A stretch of DNA of 64,000 nucleotides from an uncultured Cryomorphaceae bacterium (GTDB lineage Bacteria; Bacteroidota; Bacteroidia; Flavobacteriales; UBA7430), in assembly GCA_964516765.1 (NCBI GenBank), contig CAZEWZ010000002.1, positions 45,801 through 109,800 of the forward strand. The letters run 5' to 3'. Positions 46,244 through 56,660 of the stretch are shown in pieces. The translations under genes were made by a program, and so were the position numbers. Numbering within the stretch: the stretch's first letter is position 1; every line of letters starts with the position of its first letter. The notes beneath the pieces are model-generated. The model was not told the DNA's origin and searched no databases. It saw only the letters and a list, made by a program, of their open reading frames with translations.

Positions 46244-47338
46244 ATGATCCAAAAAATAAAGTTTCAGAACAAAAATCAAGCTTCTTTTGTCAAAGATTTA
46301 AGAAAACGTGTTAACTTTTATTTCAAAGAAAATAATATTTCAAAAAACGCGAATTCTCATATGGTAATCAAAACCATATCTATGTTTTTGATTTATCTTA
46401 TACCTTATGCAATTGTTTATTCAGGATTAATCACCGGATTTTCTGGTATTTTCTTAGCTATTTTAATGGGTATTGGAATGTCCGGTATTGGAATGTCAGT
46501 TATGCACGATGCCAATCACGGATCTTACTCATCTAATCCGAAAGTGAATAAATGGATTGGAATATGTATTTATTTGATTGGTGGAGATGTATACAATTGG
46601 AAGGTCCAGCACAACATACTCCACCACACATACACCAACATTGAAGGTCTTGACGGAGACATAGAACAAGATCCTTTTTTGCGACTCTCCCATGGTCAAA
46701 AGTGGCATAAGGGACATCAGTACCAACACATCTATGGCTTCTTCCTGTATACTTTAGGTACAGTTACATGGGCTTTTATGGACTTTATACAATTTAAAAG
46801 ATTCACTAAATTGGGTTTGAGCCCTGATGGCCTTCTTGACAAACAGAGACAATTCAGGAAATTGATTTTTTATAAAATTGTTTATTGGTTGTTCATTTTT
46901 ATCATACCTACAATTTTTTCTCCATTTTTATGGTGGCAACTTATTTTTGGCTGGCTTATAATGAATATGGTTGCTGGATTCATATTGACTGTCACTTTTC
47001 AATTGGCGCATGTAGTTGAAGGAGTTACTTTTCCCGTTCCTAACGATGAGGGTAAAGTAGAGACAGAATGGATGATTCACCAGCTAAAAACCACTGCAAA
47101 TTTTGCCAAGAATTCAAAGCTTGTCAATTGGTTTGTGGGAGGCTTAAATTTTCAAATTGAGCACCACTTATTCCCTAATATCTGTCATGTTCACTACAGA
47201 CAAATTTCATCAATAGTAAAGGCCACTGCGCAGGAATATGGTATTCTATACAACGAAAAGAAAACTTATATGGAGGCAGTCATTTCTCACTACAAAATGT
47301 TAAAAATGTTTGGTTTAAAGCCAGTAATAATGTCCTAA
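46244..47338 (+). CDS. membrane fatty-acid desaturase (three His-box family)
   Basis: The His boxes are HDANHG, HNILHH and QIEHHLFP, with four or more TM segments. The regiospecificity is unknown. Confidence 0.8.
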   Translation: MIQKIKFQNKNQASFVKDLRKRVNFYFKENNISKNANSHMVIKTISMFLIYLIPYAIVYSGLITGFSGIFLAILMGIGMSGIGMSVMHDANHGSYSSNPKVNKWIGICIYLIGGDVYNWKVQHNILHHTYTNIEGLDGDIEQDPFLRLSHGQKWHKGHQYQHIYGFFLYTLGTVTWAFMDFIQFKRFTKLGLSPDGLLDKQRQFRKLIFYKIVYWLFIFIIPTIFSPFLWWQLIFGWLIMNMVAGFILTVTFQLAHVVEGVTFPVPNDEGKVETEWMIHQLKTTANFAKNSKLVNWFVGGLNFQIEHHLFPNICHVHYRQISSIVKATAQEYGILYNEKKTYMEAVISHYKMLKMFGLKPVIMS

Positions 47339-47353
47339 TATTTTGCTAAATCT

Positions 47354-50300
47354 TCAATATAGCGTTAAGCTAGATTGAATTTGTTGAAGTATATTTTTTG
47401 CTGACTTAATTTCATTGATTCCTTGGAAGACTATGCTTAGTCTATTGTTTTTTTCTTTTAATTGGTATGTCCTCGGATTTTTTTGAATATATTCTAGTAT
47501 TCCTGTAAATTGACTAGATTCAAAAAATTTAGACTGTTGATTGGCAATAAAATTAGCAATCATTTTTTGGTTCTTCAAAACTATTTTTTCAAATCCCAGT
47601 TCCTTGCCAATCCATCTAAGTCGAATGGAGTCAGATAATTTTTTTACAGTATCTGGAATTGGCCCAAATCGGTCTATTATTTGTTCTTCAAATATATTTA
47701 ACTCTTTTTCATTTTGAAGCGCATTTAAATCTTTATAAAGCTGAAGTCTTTCAGATATTGAGTTTACATAATGGTCTGGAATCAAAATTTCCATATCTGT
47801 ATCAATCTGACAATTTTCCATATAAAATGATTCTGATTCGTCATCAATATAAGTGTCTTTGAATTCGCTTTCTTTCAGCTCTTGAACAGCTTCATTCAAA
47901 ATCTTTTGGTACATTTCAAATCCAATGTCCGAGATGAATCCGGATTGTTCCGCACCTAAAATATCTCCCGCTCCTCTTATTTCAAGATCTCGCATAGCAA
48001 TATTAAAGCCCGAACCTAAATCTGAATGCTGTTCTAATGCTTGAATACGCTTTCTGCCCTCCTCACTTATGCTGATTCGTGGAGGAGTTATAAGATAACA
48101 GAATGCTTTTTTATTTGAACGTCCTACTCTACCTCTCATTTGGTGCAAATCGCTGAGGCCAAAATTCTGTGCATCATTAATAAGAATCGTGTTAGCATTG
48201 GGAATATCTAACCCACTTTCAATAATAGTGGTGGAAACTAAAAGATCAAATTCACCTTCAATAAAATCTAGCATCAGTTGTTCTAACTTTTGTCCGTCCA
48301 TTTGTCCATGTCCAATACCAACTTTAATGTCTGGACACAGTCGCTGTATCATTCCTGCTACTTCTTTGATGTTTTCGATTCTATTGTGAATGAAAAATAC
48401 TTGGCCTCCCCTGGAGACTTCGTATTGAATAGCGTCTCTAATTGTTTCTTCATTGAAACCTATATTTTGAGTCTGAACAGGCAAGCGATTTGGAGGAGCT
48501 GTTTTTATAGTTGATAAATCTCTGGCTGCCATTAGTGAGAACTGCAGAGTTCTTGGAATTGGAGTTGCAGTTAGTGTTAAAGTGTCTAAGTTGGTTTTGA
48601 GAGTCTTAAGTTTATCTTTTACTCCCACACCAAATTTTTGTTCCTCATCGATAATCAGTAATCCTAAATCTAGAAAATGCACATCTTTTCCCACTAACCT
48701 ATGGGTTCCTATAATGATATCAATTTTCCCATCTGCTAGCTTTTTTAAAGTTTCTTTTTGTTGTTTGGTTGTCTTGAATCGATTGATATAATCTATCGTG
48801 CATGGAAAGTCTTTAAGTCTTTTTCGAAAAGTTTTGTAATGTTGAAGCGCAAGAATGGTAGTAGGGACAAGAATAGCCACTTGCTTGTTGTCACATACAG
48901 CTTTAAAAGCAGCTCTAATTGCTATTTCAGTTTTTCCAAAGCCAACATCACCACACACCAACCTGTCCATTGGATTTTGAGATTCCATATCTTTTTTAAC
49001 CGCTTGTGTAGTTTTTAGTTGATCCGGAGTGTCTTCATAAATAAAGCTAGCTTCTAATTCATATTGAAGGTAGCTGTCCGGACTAAATGAAAAGCCTACC
49101 ACACTTTTTCGTTTTGCATAAAGTTTGATTAAATCGTATGCAATTATTTTTATTTTCGTTTTTGTTTTGTTCTTTGTTTTTGCCCAAGAAGGCGAACCCA
49201 ATTGATGAATTTTTGGAGCGGTTCCTTCTTTGCCGTTAAACTTGCTTATTTTGTGAAGGGCATGAATGCTGAGGTATAGTAAATCATTGTTTTTATAAAT
49301 TAATTTTATGGCTTCTTGATTTTTTCCTTGTACATCTATTTTTTGCAAACCACCAAATTTTCCAATACCATGGTCTATGTGTGTTACGAAATCTCCAATT
49401 TCTAAATTAGTAATTTCATTGAGTGTGATAGTTTTTTTATACTGTTGAGCTGATTTCAATTTAAATTTATGATATCTCTCAAATAACTGATGGTCGGTGT
49501 AGCAGAGTATCTTATTGTCATGGTCAATAAATCCCTCGTGAATCGGGAGCAATAGAGTGGAGAACTTAATGTCAGTATCCATGTTGCCAAAAATATTCAG
49601 AAAGCGCTCTTCTTGTTTCTTTGAACCACAAACAATCATATTTTCGAATCCTTGATTGCTTTGGTCATTTAAATGTTCTGTCAATAGATCAAATTGCTTG
49701 TTAAAACTTGGCTGAAAAGATGTGCAAAAATCAATTTCTATAGCCGAAGTATCATACTTAGTTCCGAAGGAGTTAACTGAAAAATTTTGTAGTGAATCTT
49801 TGAGGGTTTTGGCATTAATAAATAGCTCTTCAGGCTGGATTTGCTTGATTGTTTGGTCAAGGTTTTCATATGTATCGCAAGCTTTTAGATACAGTTTGTC
49901 TAATTGTCCTTTAGACAGGTCAAGATCTTTTACCCATACTGATGAATTCTCCTCAAGATACTCAGTGAAGGGAACTCTTTTTTCTCCCATTTCTTTGTTT
50001 TCTATATTGGGAATGATGTCTAGTCTTTTCACTTCTCTGATTGAGAGTTGACTATTAATGTTAAAGCTTCGAATACTTTCTACTTCATCTCCAAAAAACT
50101 CAATTCGATAGGGGTAGTCATTCGAAAAAGAGAAAACATCTACTAGCCCTCCTCGAATCGAAAATTGCCCAGGTTCCACAACAAAGTCTGCATAAGTGAA
50201 TCCGTATTCAAAAAGAGTTTCGTTTAAAAAATCTATTCCTATTTCTTCTCCCACAGACAGTTTTAAAGTGCTTTTACTCAGTTCTTCTTTTGTGATGACT

Positions 50301-50689
50301 TTTTCAAAAATTGCATCAGGATAAGTGACAATAAATGAGGGTTTTCTTTTAGAAATGAGTCGATGTAAAACTTTAGCTCTCATTAATACATTGGCGTTGT
50401 CTGTTTCTTCAATCTGATACGGTCTTCGATATGATCCGGGATAAAATAATAAATCTTTTTCTGGAATAAATTGTTCTAAATCATTCAGAAAGTAAGCCGC
50501 CTCCTCTTTATTGTTAAGAATGTAGATAAATGTTTTTTCAATGGATTTAAAGCAAGAAATTGCGACTAAAGAAGCCACAGATCCTGAAAGATTCTTAAAG
50601 AAAAGCGGCTTTTTTTGTTCAATGTAATCTACTACATTCTTTTCTTGAATGCTTTTAACATATCTATTTATGAGATCTATTTTTTTCAT
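47354..50689 (-). CDS. mfd: transcription-repair coupling factor
   Basis: It has the helicase motifs GDVGFGKTE, DEEQKFGV, TATPIPRT and QLHQMRGRVGRS, an N-terminal UvrB-homology region and the C-terminal TRCF domain. I start at the ATG at 50687-50689 (MKKIDLINRY). Confidence 0.95.
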   Translation of the reverse strand: MKKIDLINRYVKSIQEKNVVDYIEQKKPLFFKNLSGSVASLVAISCFKSIEKTFIYILNNKEEAAYFLNDLEQFIPEKDLLFYPGSYRRPYQIEETDNANVLMRAKVLHRLISKRKPSFIVTYPDAIFEKVITKEELSKSTLKLSVGEEIGIDFLNETLFEYGFTYADFVVEPGQFSIRGGLVDVFSFSNDYPYRIEFFGDEVESIRSFNINSQLSIREVKRLDIIPNIENKEMGEKRVPFTEYLEENSSVWVKDLDLSKGQLDKLYLKACDTYENLDQTIKQIQPEELFINAKTLKDSLQNFSVNSFGTKYDTSAIEIDFCTSFQPSFNKQFDLLTEHLNDQSNQGFENMIVCGSKKQEERFLNIFGNMDTDIKFSTLLLPIHEGFIDHDNKILCYTDHQLFERYHKFKLKSAQQYKKTITLNEITNLEIGDFVTHIDHGIGKFGGLQKIDVQGKNQEAIKLIYKNNDLLYLSIHALHKISKFNGKEGTAPKIHQLGSPSWAKTKNKTKTKIKIIAYDLIKLYAKRKSVVGFSFSPDSYLQYELEASFIYEDTPDQLKTTQAVKKDMESQNPMDRLVCGDVGFGKTEIAIRAAFKAVCDNKQVAILVPTTILALQHYKTFRKRLKDFPCTIDYINRFKTTKQQKETLKKLADGKIDIIIGTHRLVGKDVHFLDLGLLIIDEEQKFGVGVKDKLKTLKTNLDTLTLTATPIPRTLQFSLMAARDLSTIKTAPPNRLPVQTQNIGFNEETIRDAIQYEVSRGGQVFFIHNRIENIKEVAGMIQRLCPDIKVGIGHGQMDGQKLEQLMLDFIEGEFDLLVSTTIIESGLDIPNANTILINDAQNFGLSDLHQMRGRVGRSNKKAFCYLITPPRISISEEGRKRIQALEQHSDLGSGFNIAMRDLEIRGAGDILGAEQSGFISDIGFEMYQKILNEAVQELKESEFKDTYIDDESESFYMENCQIDTDMEILIPDHYVNSISERLQLYKDLNALQNEKELNIFEEQIIDRFGPIPDTVKKLSDSIRLRWIGKELGFEKIVLKNQKMIANFIANQQSKFFESSQFTGILEYIQKNPRTYQLKEKNNRLSIVFQGINEIKSAKNILQQIQSSLTLY

Positions 50690-50782
50690 TTTTCTCAATA
50701 CAATAACCCCAATCAATTTAATGACAGGGGTGCGGGATGAAAATTATTTGGTATCCTTTAAAAACAATACTGGATATTTGTG

Positions 50783-51748
50783 TTACAAAAGTCCTGTTGC
50801 TTTATTCATCATTTCCTTTGATCCAGTAAAAAAGGGAGTCCGCTGGTGAATGTCTGAAGCTTTGATATCTAAAAGTCTAGTTTTTCCTTTTGTTGCTAGT
50901 CCGCCCGCTTGTTCGCAGATCATAGCAATTGGATTACATTCATAAAGGAGCCTAAGCCTCCCCTCTGGTGCATCAGCTGTTGCAGGATAAATAAAGATAC
51001 CTCCTTTGAGCATATTTCGATGGAAGTCTGCGACTAAGGAACCGATAAATCTAGCCGTATGAGTTCTTTTTCCATCGTAATTTAATTCTTTGCAAAATGC
51101 AATATAGTCTTTAACACCTTTTTCTAGTGTCTGGTAATTCCCTTCATTAATGGAATAAATGGTTCCATGATTTGGCGTTTTTACAGAGGCATTTGTGAGT
51201 TTAAACACTTCCGGATTAGGGTCAAGTGTAAAAGAGTGAACTCCATGACCACAAGTGTATACCAATACAGATGAAGAACCATATAGTACATATCCTGCCA
51301 TGATTTGTTCATAACCGTACCGATAAAACTCTTCTTTTTTTACAATTCCCGTTTGGTTTCTTTTAAAAATGGAGAAGATTGTTCCCACCGAGATATTGAC
51401 ATCAATATTGGAAGATCCATCTAAAGGATCTGTGGCAAATAGATATTCTCCTGTGTTATTTAAGAGAATAATTTCCTCGTTTTCTTCACTTGCTATTGCA
51501 GCAATATTTCCGCAAAATTCTAGTTCTTCAATAAAATGTTGATTGGCTATTAGATCAAGCTTTTGAACTTGTTCCCCTTGAATATTTTTACTCCCCTCAG
51601 CTCCAAGTATATCCAAAAGGCCAGCCATATTTATTTTCTGGTGAATACTAATGGAAGCTTTTTCTACTGCTATTAATATGTCAAGTATGGCTTGGGGGTT
51701 TTCTCCATGAACTTCTGGTTTTTCAGTGACAAATTGGTCTAAAAGCAT
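50783..51748 (-). CDS. fbp: class 1 fructose-1,6-bisphosphatase
   Basis: It carries the DPLDGSSNID metal-binding motif, GGIF.YP, and LRLLYE.NP.A...E.AGG. Confidence 0.9.
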   Translation of the reverse strand: MLLDQFVTEKPEVHGENPQAILDILIAVEKASISIHQKINMAGLLDILGAEGSKNIQGEQVQKLDLIANQHFIEELEFCGNIAAIASEENEEIILLNNTGEYLFATDPLDGSSNIDVNISVGTIFSIFKRNQTGIVKKEEFYRYGYEQIMAGYVLYGSSSVLVYTCGHGVHSFTLDPNPEVFKLTNASVKTPNHGTIYSINEGNYQTLEKGVKDYIAFCKELNYDGKRTHTARFIGSLVADFHRNMLKGGIFIYPATADAPEGRLRLLYECNPIAMICEQAGGLATKGKTRLLDIKASDIHQRTPFFTGSKEMMNKATGLL

Positions 51749-51839
51749 TAGTCTTATTGTATTGTTAATTAATTTATCTCTCTAAAATTTAAAAAGCTAA
51801 TAGGGGGGCGATTATCGCTATCATTTTAATTTCGGCATA

Positions 51840-52502
51840 TTATTTAAGTTTAAAGCAAAAACCCAAATTTAATATTAGTTGATGATCAAGGCCATTGCCG
51901 ATATCTTCATATAGATCAATATTATCACGCCCAAACATTTGGTCGCTAATGCTTAGAATTACTCCCCAATCTTCTTGAAGATAATAACTTATTTCTAATC
52001 CAATAGGGAAGAAGACTGACCATATATCTTCAGGAGTTATAGTAACAAGTTCTCCTATACTCGTCAATTCAACATCTCCATAATGGTATCCTATTCCACT
52101 TATTAAATGAACCTGAAGCTTTTTGAGCCCAGTAGGATTGAGTGCTCTTCTGAAGGCGATGAAGGCTTGTGTGAATTGACTTTTAAAATTTAAAAAAGGG
52201 ACGCCAAGAACTGGCCTATTTTCTCCGCTATTTTTTCCTGTAATAAGACCAAATTGGAGACTATTTTTTGTGCTAAATTCTTTATTTAATTTTACAGACA
52301 AAGCGATATTTGGGAGAAATTTTCCCGAAGGATTAAATTTCAAATCACCAATAAAATCTGCATTTCCATAGCTGATATTTCCATTCCATTGTACTTCCGT
52401 ATTTTTTGCGTTTTTATCAATAGTATTAAATTTTGATTTTCTTTGTGCACAAATTTCGGCACTAAAAATAAAAACTAATAAAGTAAAAAGTGTATTTCTC
52501 AT
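51840..52502 (-). CDS. small outer-membrane beta-barrel (porin-family) protein
   Basis: It has a signal peptide (LLVFIFSAEICAQ). The body shows an alternating hydrophobic pattern, and the length of 220 aa fits a small barrel. Confidence 0.5.
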   Translation of the reverse strand: MRNTLFTLLVFIFSAEICAQRKSKFNTIDKNAKNTEVQWNGNISYGNADFIGDLKFNPSGKFLPNIALSVKLNKEFSTKNSLQFGLITGKNSGENRPVLGVPFLNFKSQFTQAFIAFRRALNPTGLKKLQVHLISGIGYHYGDVELTSIGELVTITPEDIWSVFFPIGLEISYYLQEDWGVILSISDQMFGRDNIDLYEDIGNGLDHQLILNLGFCFKLK

Positions 52503-52523
52503 CGCTGTAAAGTTTATCCATCA

Positions 52524-52553
52524 CAAAGATAAGTTTTATGCTCATTTTACAAA
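52524..52553 (-). promoter_or_regulatory. candidate Bacteroidota promoter TTTG-N18-TATCTTTG for the 220-aa OMP gene
   Basis: On the minus strand TTTG lies at 52553-52550 and TATCTTTG at 52531-52524, 21 nt upstream of the ATG at 52502. The promoter is bracketed by the 8-bp inverted repeat ATCCATCA (52516-52523) / TGATGGAT (52555-52562). Confidence 0.5.
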
Positions 52554-52766
52554 ATGATGGATATGATTTCCTCGGCTTGTATCTATATTTTATTCTAGCC
52601 ATCTTGGTTATTTTTTACTACTCTAAAAAAATATTATTCTAAGAGTTGAAAAAAAATATGCATGGTATTTTTCAGAGATTTAATATGCGTATATTTGCAT
52701 CCAATTTTAAGTATTTTAATAAATTAAAGACCCATTTTTGAAGATTACTATTTTAATTAACTGTAG

Positions 52767-54113
52767 ATGAATATTTCCAAAGAAAACATAGATTCTTTAA
52801 ATGCTATTTTGAGAGTCAATATTTTAGCCTCAGATTATCAAGTTCGTGTTGATACCGTTTTATCTGACTACCGAAAAACGGCCGATATGCCAGGATTTAG
52901 AATGGGAAAAGTACCCATGGGAGTAGTGAAAAAAAAGTACGGTTTATCTGTGAAGGTTGAAGAGATAAATAAATTACTTTCGGAATCGATTTCAAAATTT
53001 ATTGCTAATGAAAAGTTAGATATACTTGGGAATCCATTACCAAAAGATCTTGTGCAGTTAGATTGGAGTCAGCAAGAAGATTTTGATTTTGAATACGAAT
53101 TAGGTCTTGCTCCCAAGTTTGATCTTCAGATATCCAAAAAATATAAATTAGACTATTTTAACGTAATAGCTAACAAGGCAATGGTTGATCGATATTCAGA
53201 TGATATTGCTAAACGTTATGGTAAAATGTCTAGCCCAGATAAAGTTGAAGCCACAGATTTAGTTTATGGTAATTTTAAAGAGTTGGCTGAGGACGGTTCA
53301 GAAAAAGATAACGGAATTTCTAATCAAGCCTCTGTTTCCTTAGAATTTATTACCAATAATAAAAAGAAAGCTCAATTTATGGGAGCCCAGAAAGGAACCG
53401 TAATAATGCTTGAGCCAAAAAAAGATTTTAATAATGACACCGATGCCGCTGCGATGATTAATGTAGACAAAGAGGTTTATGCCAATTTAACCTCATGTTT
53501 TAATTTCACAATAGATAATATTAGCCGAATGGTTGCCGCTGAATTGAATGTGGAGTTATTTGATAAGATATACGGAGAAGGTGTCATTAAAAATGAAAAA
53601 GAATTTAGAATAAAGGTGACTGAAGAGGTTGAAAAAATGTTTGTAGCAGATTCTGACCGAAAATTCCAGAACGATGCAGTCGATTTTTTAATTCAGAAAA
53701 CTTCCTTTGATCTACCAGAAGCCTTTTTGAAAAGGTGGATGCAGTCAGTTTCAGAAAAACCCGTCACTATTGAAGAAATAGAAAAAGATTTCGAAGGATA
53801 TAAGAAGTCCTTGAAGTGGCAAATTATCGAGAATAAGATTGCTACAGAAAATAAAATCAGCGTGAGCAAAGAAGAGGCTCTTGCGGAAACCAAAAACCTG
53901 ATTAGAGACCAAATGTCGCAATACGGTCAATTGGCACCTGAAGAAGTTATGCTAGATCAATATGCACAACAGGTACTTGCAAATAAAGACGAGGAGAAAA
54001 ATGTTTACGACCGAGTTTTTGCTTCTAAATTAACTGTTTTCTTCAAAGAAAACTTCAAGATGAATTTGAAAGATATATCCTACGAAGATTTTGTGAAACA
54101 AAATCAAGATTAA
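52767..54113 (+). CDS. tig: trigger factor
   Basis: The ribosome-binding signature is PGFRMGKVP, the length is 448 aa, and it sits upstream of clpP. A TATATTTG -7-like box lies at 52690-52697. Confidence 0.9.
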   Translation: MNISKENIDSLNAILRVNILASDYQVRVDTVLSDYRKTADMPGFRMGKVPMGVVKKKYGLSVKVEEINKLLSESISKFIANEKLDILGNPLPKDLVQLDWSQQEDFDFEYELGLAPKFDLQISKKYKLDYFNVIANKAMVDRYSDDIAKRYGKMSSPDKVEATDLVYGNFKELAEDGSEKDNGISNQASVSLEFITNNKKKAQFMGAQKGTVIMLEPKKDFNNDTDAAAMINVDKEVYANLTSCFNFTIDNISRMVAAELNVELFDKIYGEGVIKNEKEFRIKVTEEVEKMFVADSDRKFQNDAVDFLIQKTSFDLPEAFLKRWMQSVSEKPVTIEEIEKDFEGYKKSLKWQIIENKIATENKISVSKEEALAETKNLIRDQMSQYGQLAPEEVMLDQYAQQVLANKDEEKNVYDRVFASKLTVFFKENFKMNLKDISYEDFVKQNQD

Positions 54114-54201
54114 TATTTGCATAATGTTTTTCAAAATAGAAACAGAGCCCATTGCTTTTTTTCTACATTAGCATAACAATAACTTATAAGACCATAGACC
54201 T

Positions 54202-54876
54202 ATGTATTCTAAAGATGAGTTTCGGAAATATGCCATTCACCATATGGGAATTAGTAGTACAACAGTAGATTCTTTCTCGTCCATGATGGACAACTATATC
54301 TCGCCGACGATTATTGAAGAACGCCAAATGAATGTTGCTTCAATGGATGTTTTTTCTCGATTGATGATGGATCGCATTATCTTTTTGGGAGTTCCAATCA
54401 ATGATTATGTAGCCAATATTATTCAAGCCCAATTGTTGTTTTTGGAGTCTGTTGATGCAAAGAAAGATATCCAGATTTATCTTAATTCGCCAGGTGGTGG
54501 TGTATATGCAGGCTTAGGTATATATGATACAATGCAATATATTAGCCCTGATGTTGCAACAATTTGCACTGGAATGGCGGCAAGTATGGGCGCAGTTTTA
54601 TTGTGTGCAGGTACCGAAGGTAAGAGAACCGCATTGAAGCATTCTCGAGTAATGATTCACCAACCTTTGGGAGGTGCACAAGGGCAGGCTTCTGACATAG
54701 AAATCACAGCTAGAGAAATTCAAAAACTGAAAAAGGAATTGTACACCATTATTTCTGATCATTCAGGAAAATCTTACAAGGATGTATGGAAAGATAGCGA
54801 CAGAGACTATTGGATGACATCATCAGAGGCTAAGGAATACGGAATGATCGACGAGGTATTGACACGAACCAAATAA
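54202..54876 (+). CDS. clpP: ATP-dependent Clp protease proteolytic subunit
   Basis: It has the DVFSRLMMDRIIFLG and INSPGG motifs. The catalytic residues are Ser in GMAASMGA and His in IHQP. The Bacteroidota-type N-terminal extension is present. Confidence 0.95.
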   Translation: MYSKDEFRKYAIHHMGISSTTVDSFSSMMDNYISPTIIEERQMNVASMDVFSRLMMDRIIFLGVPINDYVANIIQAQLLFLESVDAKKDIQIYLNSPGGGVYAGLGIYDTMQYISPDVATICTGMAASMGAVLLCAGTEGKRTALKHSRVMIHQPLGGAQGQASDIEITAREIQKLKKELYTIISDHSGKSYKDVWKDSDRDYWMTSSEAKEYGMIDEVLTRTK

Positions 54877-54902
54877 ATTTATATTGATAAGAATAAATAG
54901 TG

Positions 54903-56654
54903 TCAGTCGTAAAAATTCCAAATCAAACTCAATCTAAATGTCGATTTAGCCATAGGGTATGGTTTTAGTATGTATTGTGTTCCTTGCCAGAGACCATTGA
55001 AATGCTCGTAAGAAAGGAATACTTTAAGAGATTGAATTTGAAAGTTGACAAATAAGTCTGCTCTGATACTATTACTCGTTGCATTCGACGGATTGATATA
55101 AAAATCTCCAAGCAAAGGGGCATAAGACATTCCTGGATGAGCTGATTTATATAGCAATCTTATCCCCATCTGACTAATACTCGCTTCTTCAAAGAGATTT
55201 CCTTGCCAATATAGTTTTTGACGAAACATTAGTTTAGGTAATGAGATCGCTATATTTGAACTAAACTGATATCCGATAGTTCCGTCCAAATGCCAGGCAT
55301 CTTTTGTTAGACGGTGATCGATTCTACTTTGAAAAATATCAATTTTTTCTTGGGAGGTAGTCGAGATACCTTCTTCATCAAAGTAATTATACCCCTCTAT
55401 ATTGTGGTAGGAATTAAGAATTCTGATTTTATCTGTAATTTTTATTTCCCAGTCGGCATATTTATCTATAATAACTTGGTTAGAAGTAGAAGGATAAATC
55501 TCTTCTTTACCCATAGGGTTAGAATTCGTATTCATATTCATCCAACTCGGCAAATTTCTTTCGGATGCAATTTTAAATGTATTTATACACCCTATAAATT
55601 TTACTTTTTGTCGAAAACATAAGTTTAGGCTTGGCATTGATAAATCACCCAAACCATAAGCGAAATAGATTTGGTTTTTGTACTGCTCCGAGACTAGTTT
55701 TCCAAAAACATTCCATCGCCTATTTTTTTGACTAAAGTATTTTAGATTTTGATATTCCATCCCCAATGTCATTTGCTTATCAGAATTGATTTTCTGTATC
55801 CATTTAAGCAAGTGATTACTATAGTTAAAAGCTCTTGTAATTTGACTTACAGAGTCGGTTCTGGTTGGATAAAAAAGAGTATCGTCTTCTAAGCCGTCAT
55901 AGAGCAAAGAATCCCTAGAGAAGTTCATTTCATATACCAGCGATGCATTGTCACTAATTTCTTTTCTCTGATGGACATTAATTTCTATGTGTTTACTAAT
56001 GCTATTTAGTTGATTCCAATGGGTGGGAAGTAGTTCCCAATTGCTTTCATTTCCCGATAAGAATAGAGAATCATTTGATATTCCACCATTCCATTCTGAT
56101 ACGTTTTTATATGTTCTTATTCGCCATTTAGAGGAAAAAGGAATTTCAGGATGATAGAAATTTCCTTCGATTTTAAATCTAGTATTATTCATGTTTTCGT
56201 GCGCTAAATAACCTTCAGATACCTGTCTACTGTAATCGATTGAGGTAGAACCGTATTTGTACCTTCTTCGATGGGTGAAATTTAGTCTTTGCCCATCAGA
56301 ATAGTTCTGGGAGTAGATTATTTTAGTCTGTGGAAAAGTTTGACTATAGTATGATCCATAGTAGTCTTTTGGAACATGGTTTTGAACTAACAGATCTCCT
56401 ATTTGGAGATGCATATTATGTTTTGATTTCCACCAGAGGGCCAAAAGAGGCGATCCGAAATTACTTAGAGTCGTGCACTCAAACAAATCAAATCCTAGTA
56501 GAATTAAATTGTCATCTTCTTGAAAACTATTTTCTTGGTTTTGAAATACAATGGAATCCAATACAATACTGTCAGAATAGGAAAATGTTTCCACTTTTTC
56601 TTGACCCATTAAATGAATGGAATATAAAAGCGGAAGCAATTTTAGTATTCTCAT
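54903..56654 (-). CDS. large outer-membrane beta-barrel protein (putative porin family)
   Basis: It has a signal-peptide-like N-terminus and a 583-aa Tyr/Asn/Ser-rich body with alternating pattern. The terminal aromatic-rich strand is FRLSLIWNFYD. No catalytic motif is seen. Confidence 0.45.
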   Translation of the reverse strand: MRILKLLPLLYSIHLMGQEKVETFSYSDSIVLDSIVFQNQENSFQEDDNLILLGFDLFECTTLSNFGSPLLALWWKSKHNMHLQIGDLLVQNHVPKDYYGSYYSQTFPQTKIIYSQNYSDGQRLNFTHRRRYKYGSTSIDYSRQVSEGYLAHENMNNTRFKIEGNFYHPEIPFSSKWRIRTYKNVSEWNGGISNDSLFLSGNESNWELLPTHWNQLNSISKHIEINVHQRKEISDNASLVYEMNFSRDSLLYDGLEDDTLFYPTRTDSVSQITRAFNYSNHLLKWIQKINSDKQMTLGMEYQNLKYFSQKNRRWNVFGKLVSEQYKNQIYFAYGLGDLSMPSLNLCFRQKVKFIGCINTFKIASERNLPSWMNMNTNSNPMGKEEIYPSTSNQVIIDKYADWEIKITDKIRILNSYHNIEGYNYFDEEGISTTSQEKIDIFQSRIDHRLTKDAWHLDGTIGYQFSSNIAISLPKLMFRQKLYWQGNLFEEASISQMGIRLLYKSAHPGMSYAPLLGDFYINPSNATSNSIRADLFVNFQIQSLKVFLSYEHFNGLWQGTQYILKPYPMAKSTFRLSLIWNFYD

Positions 56655-56660
56655 AAGTTA

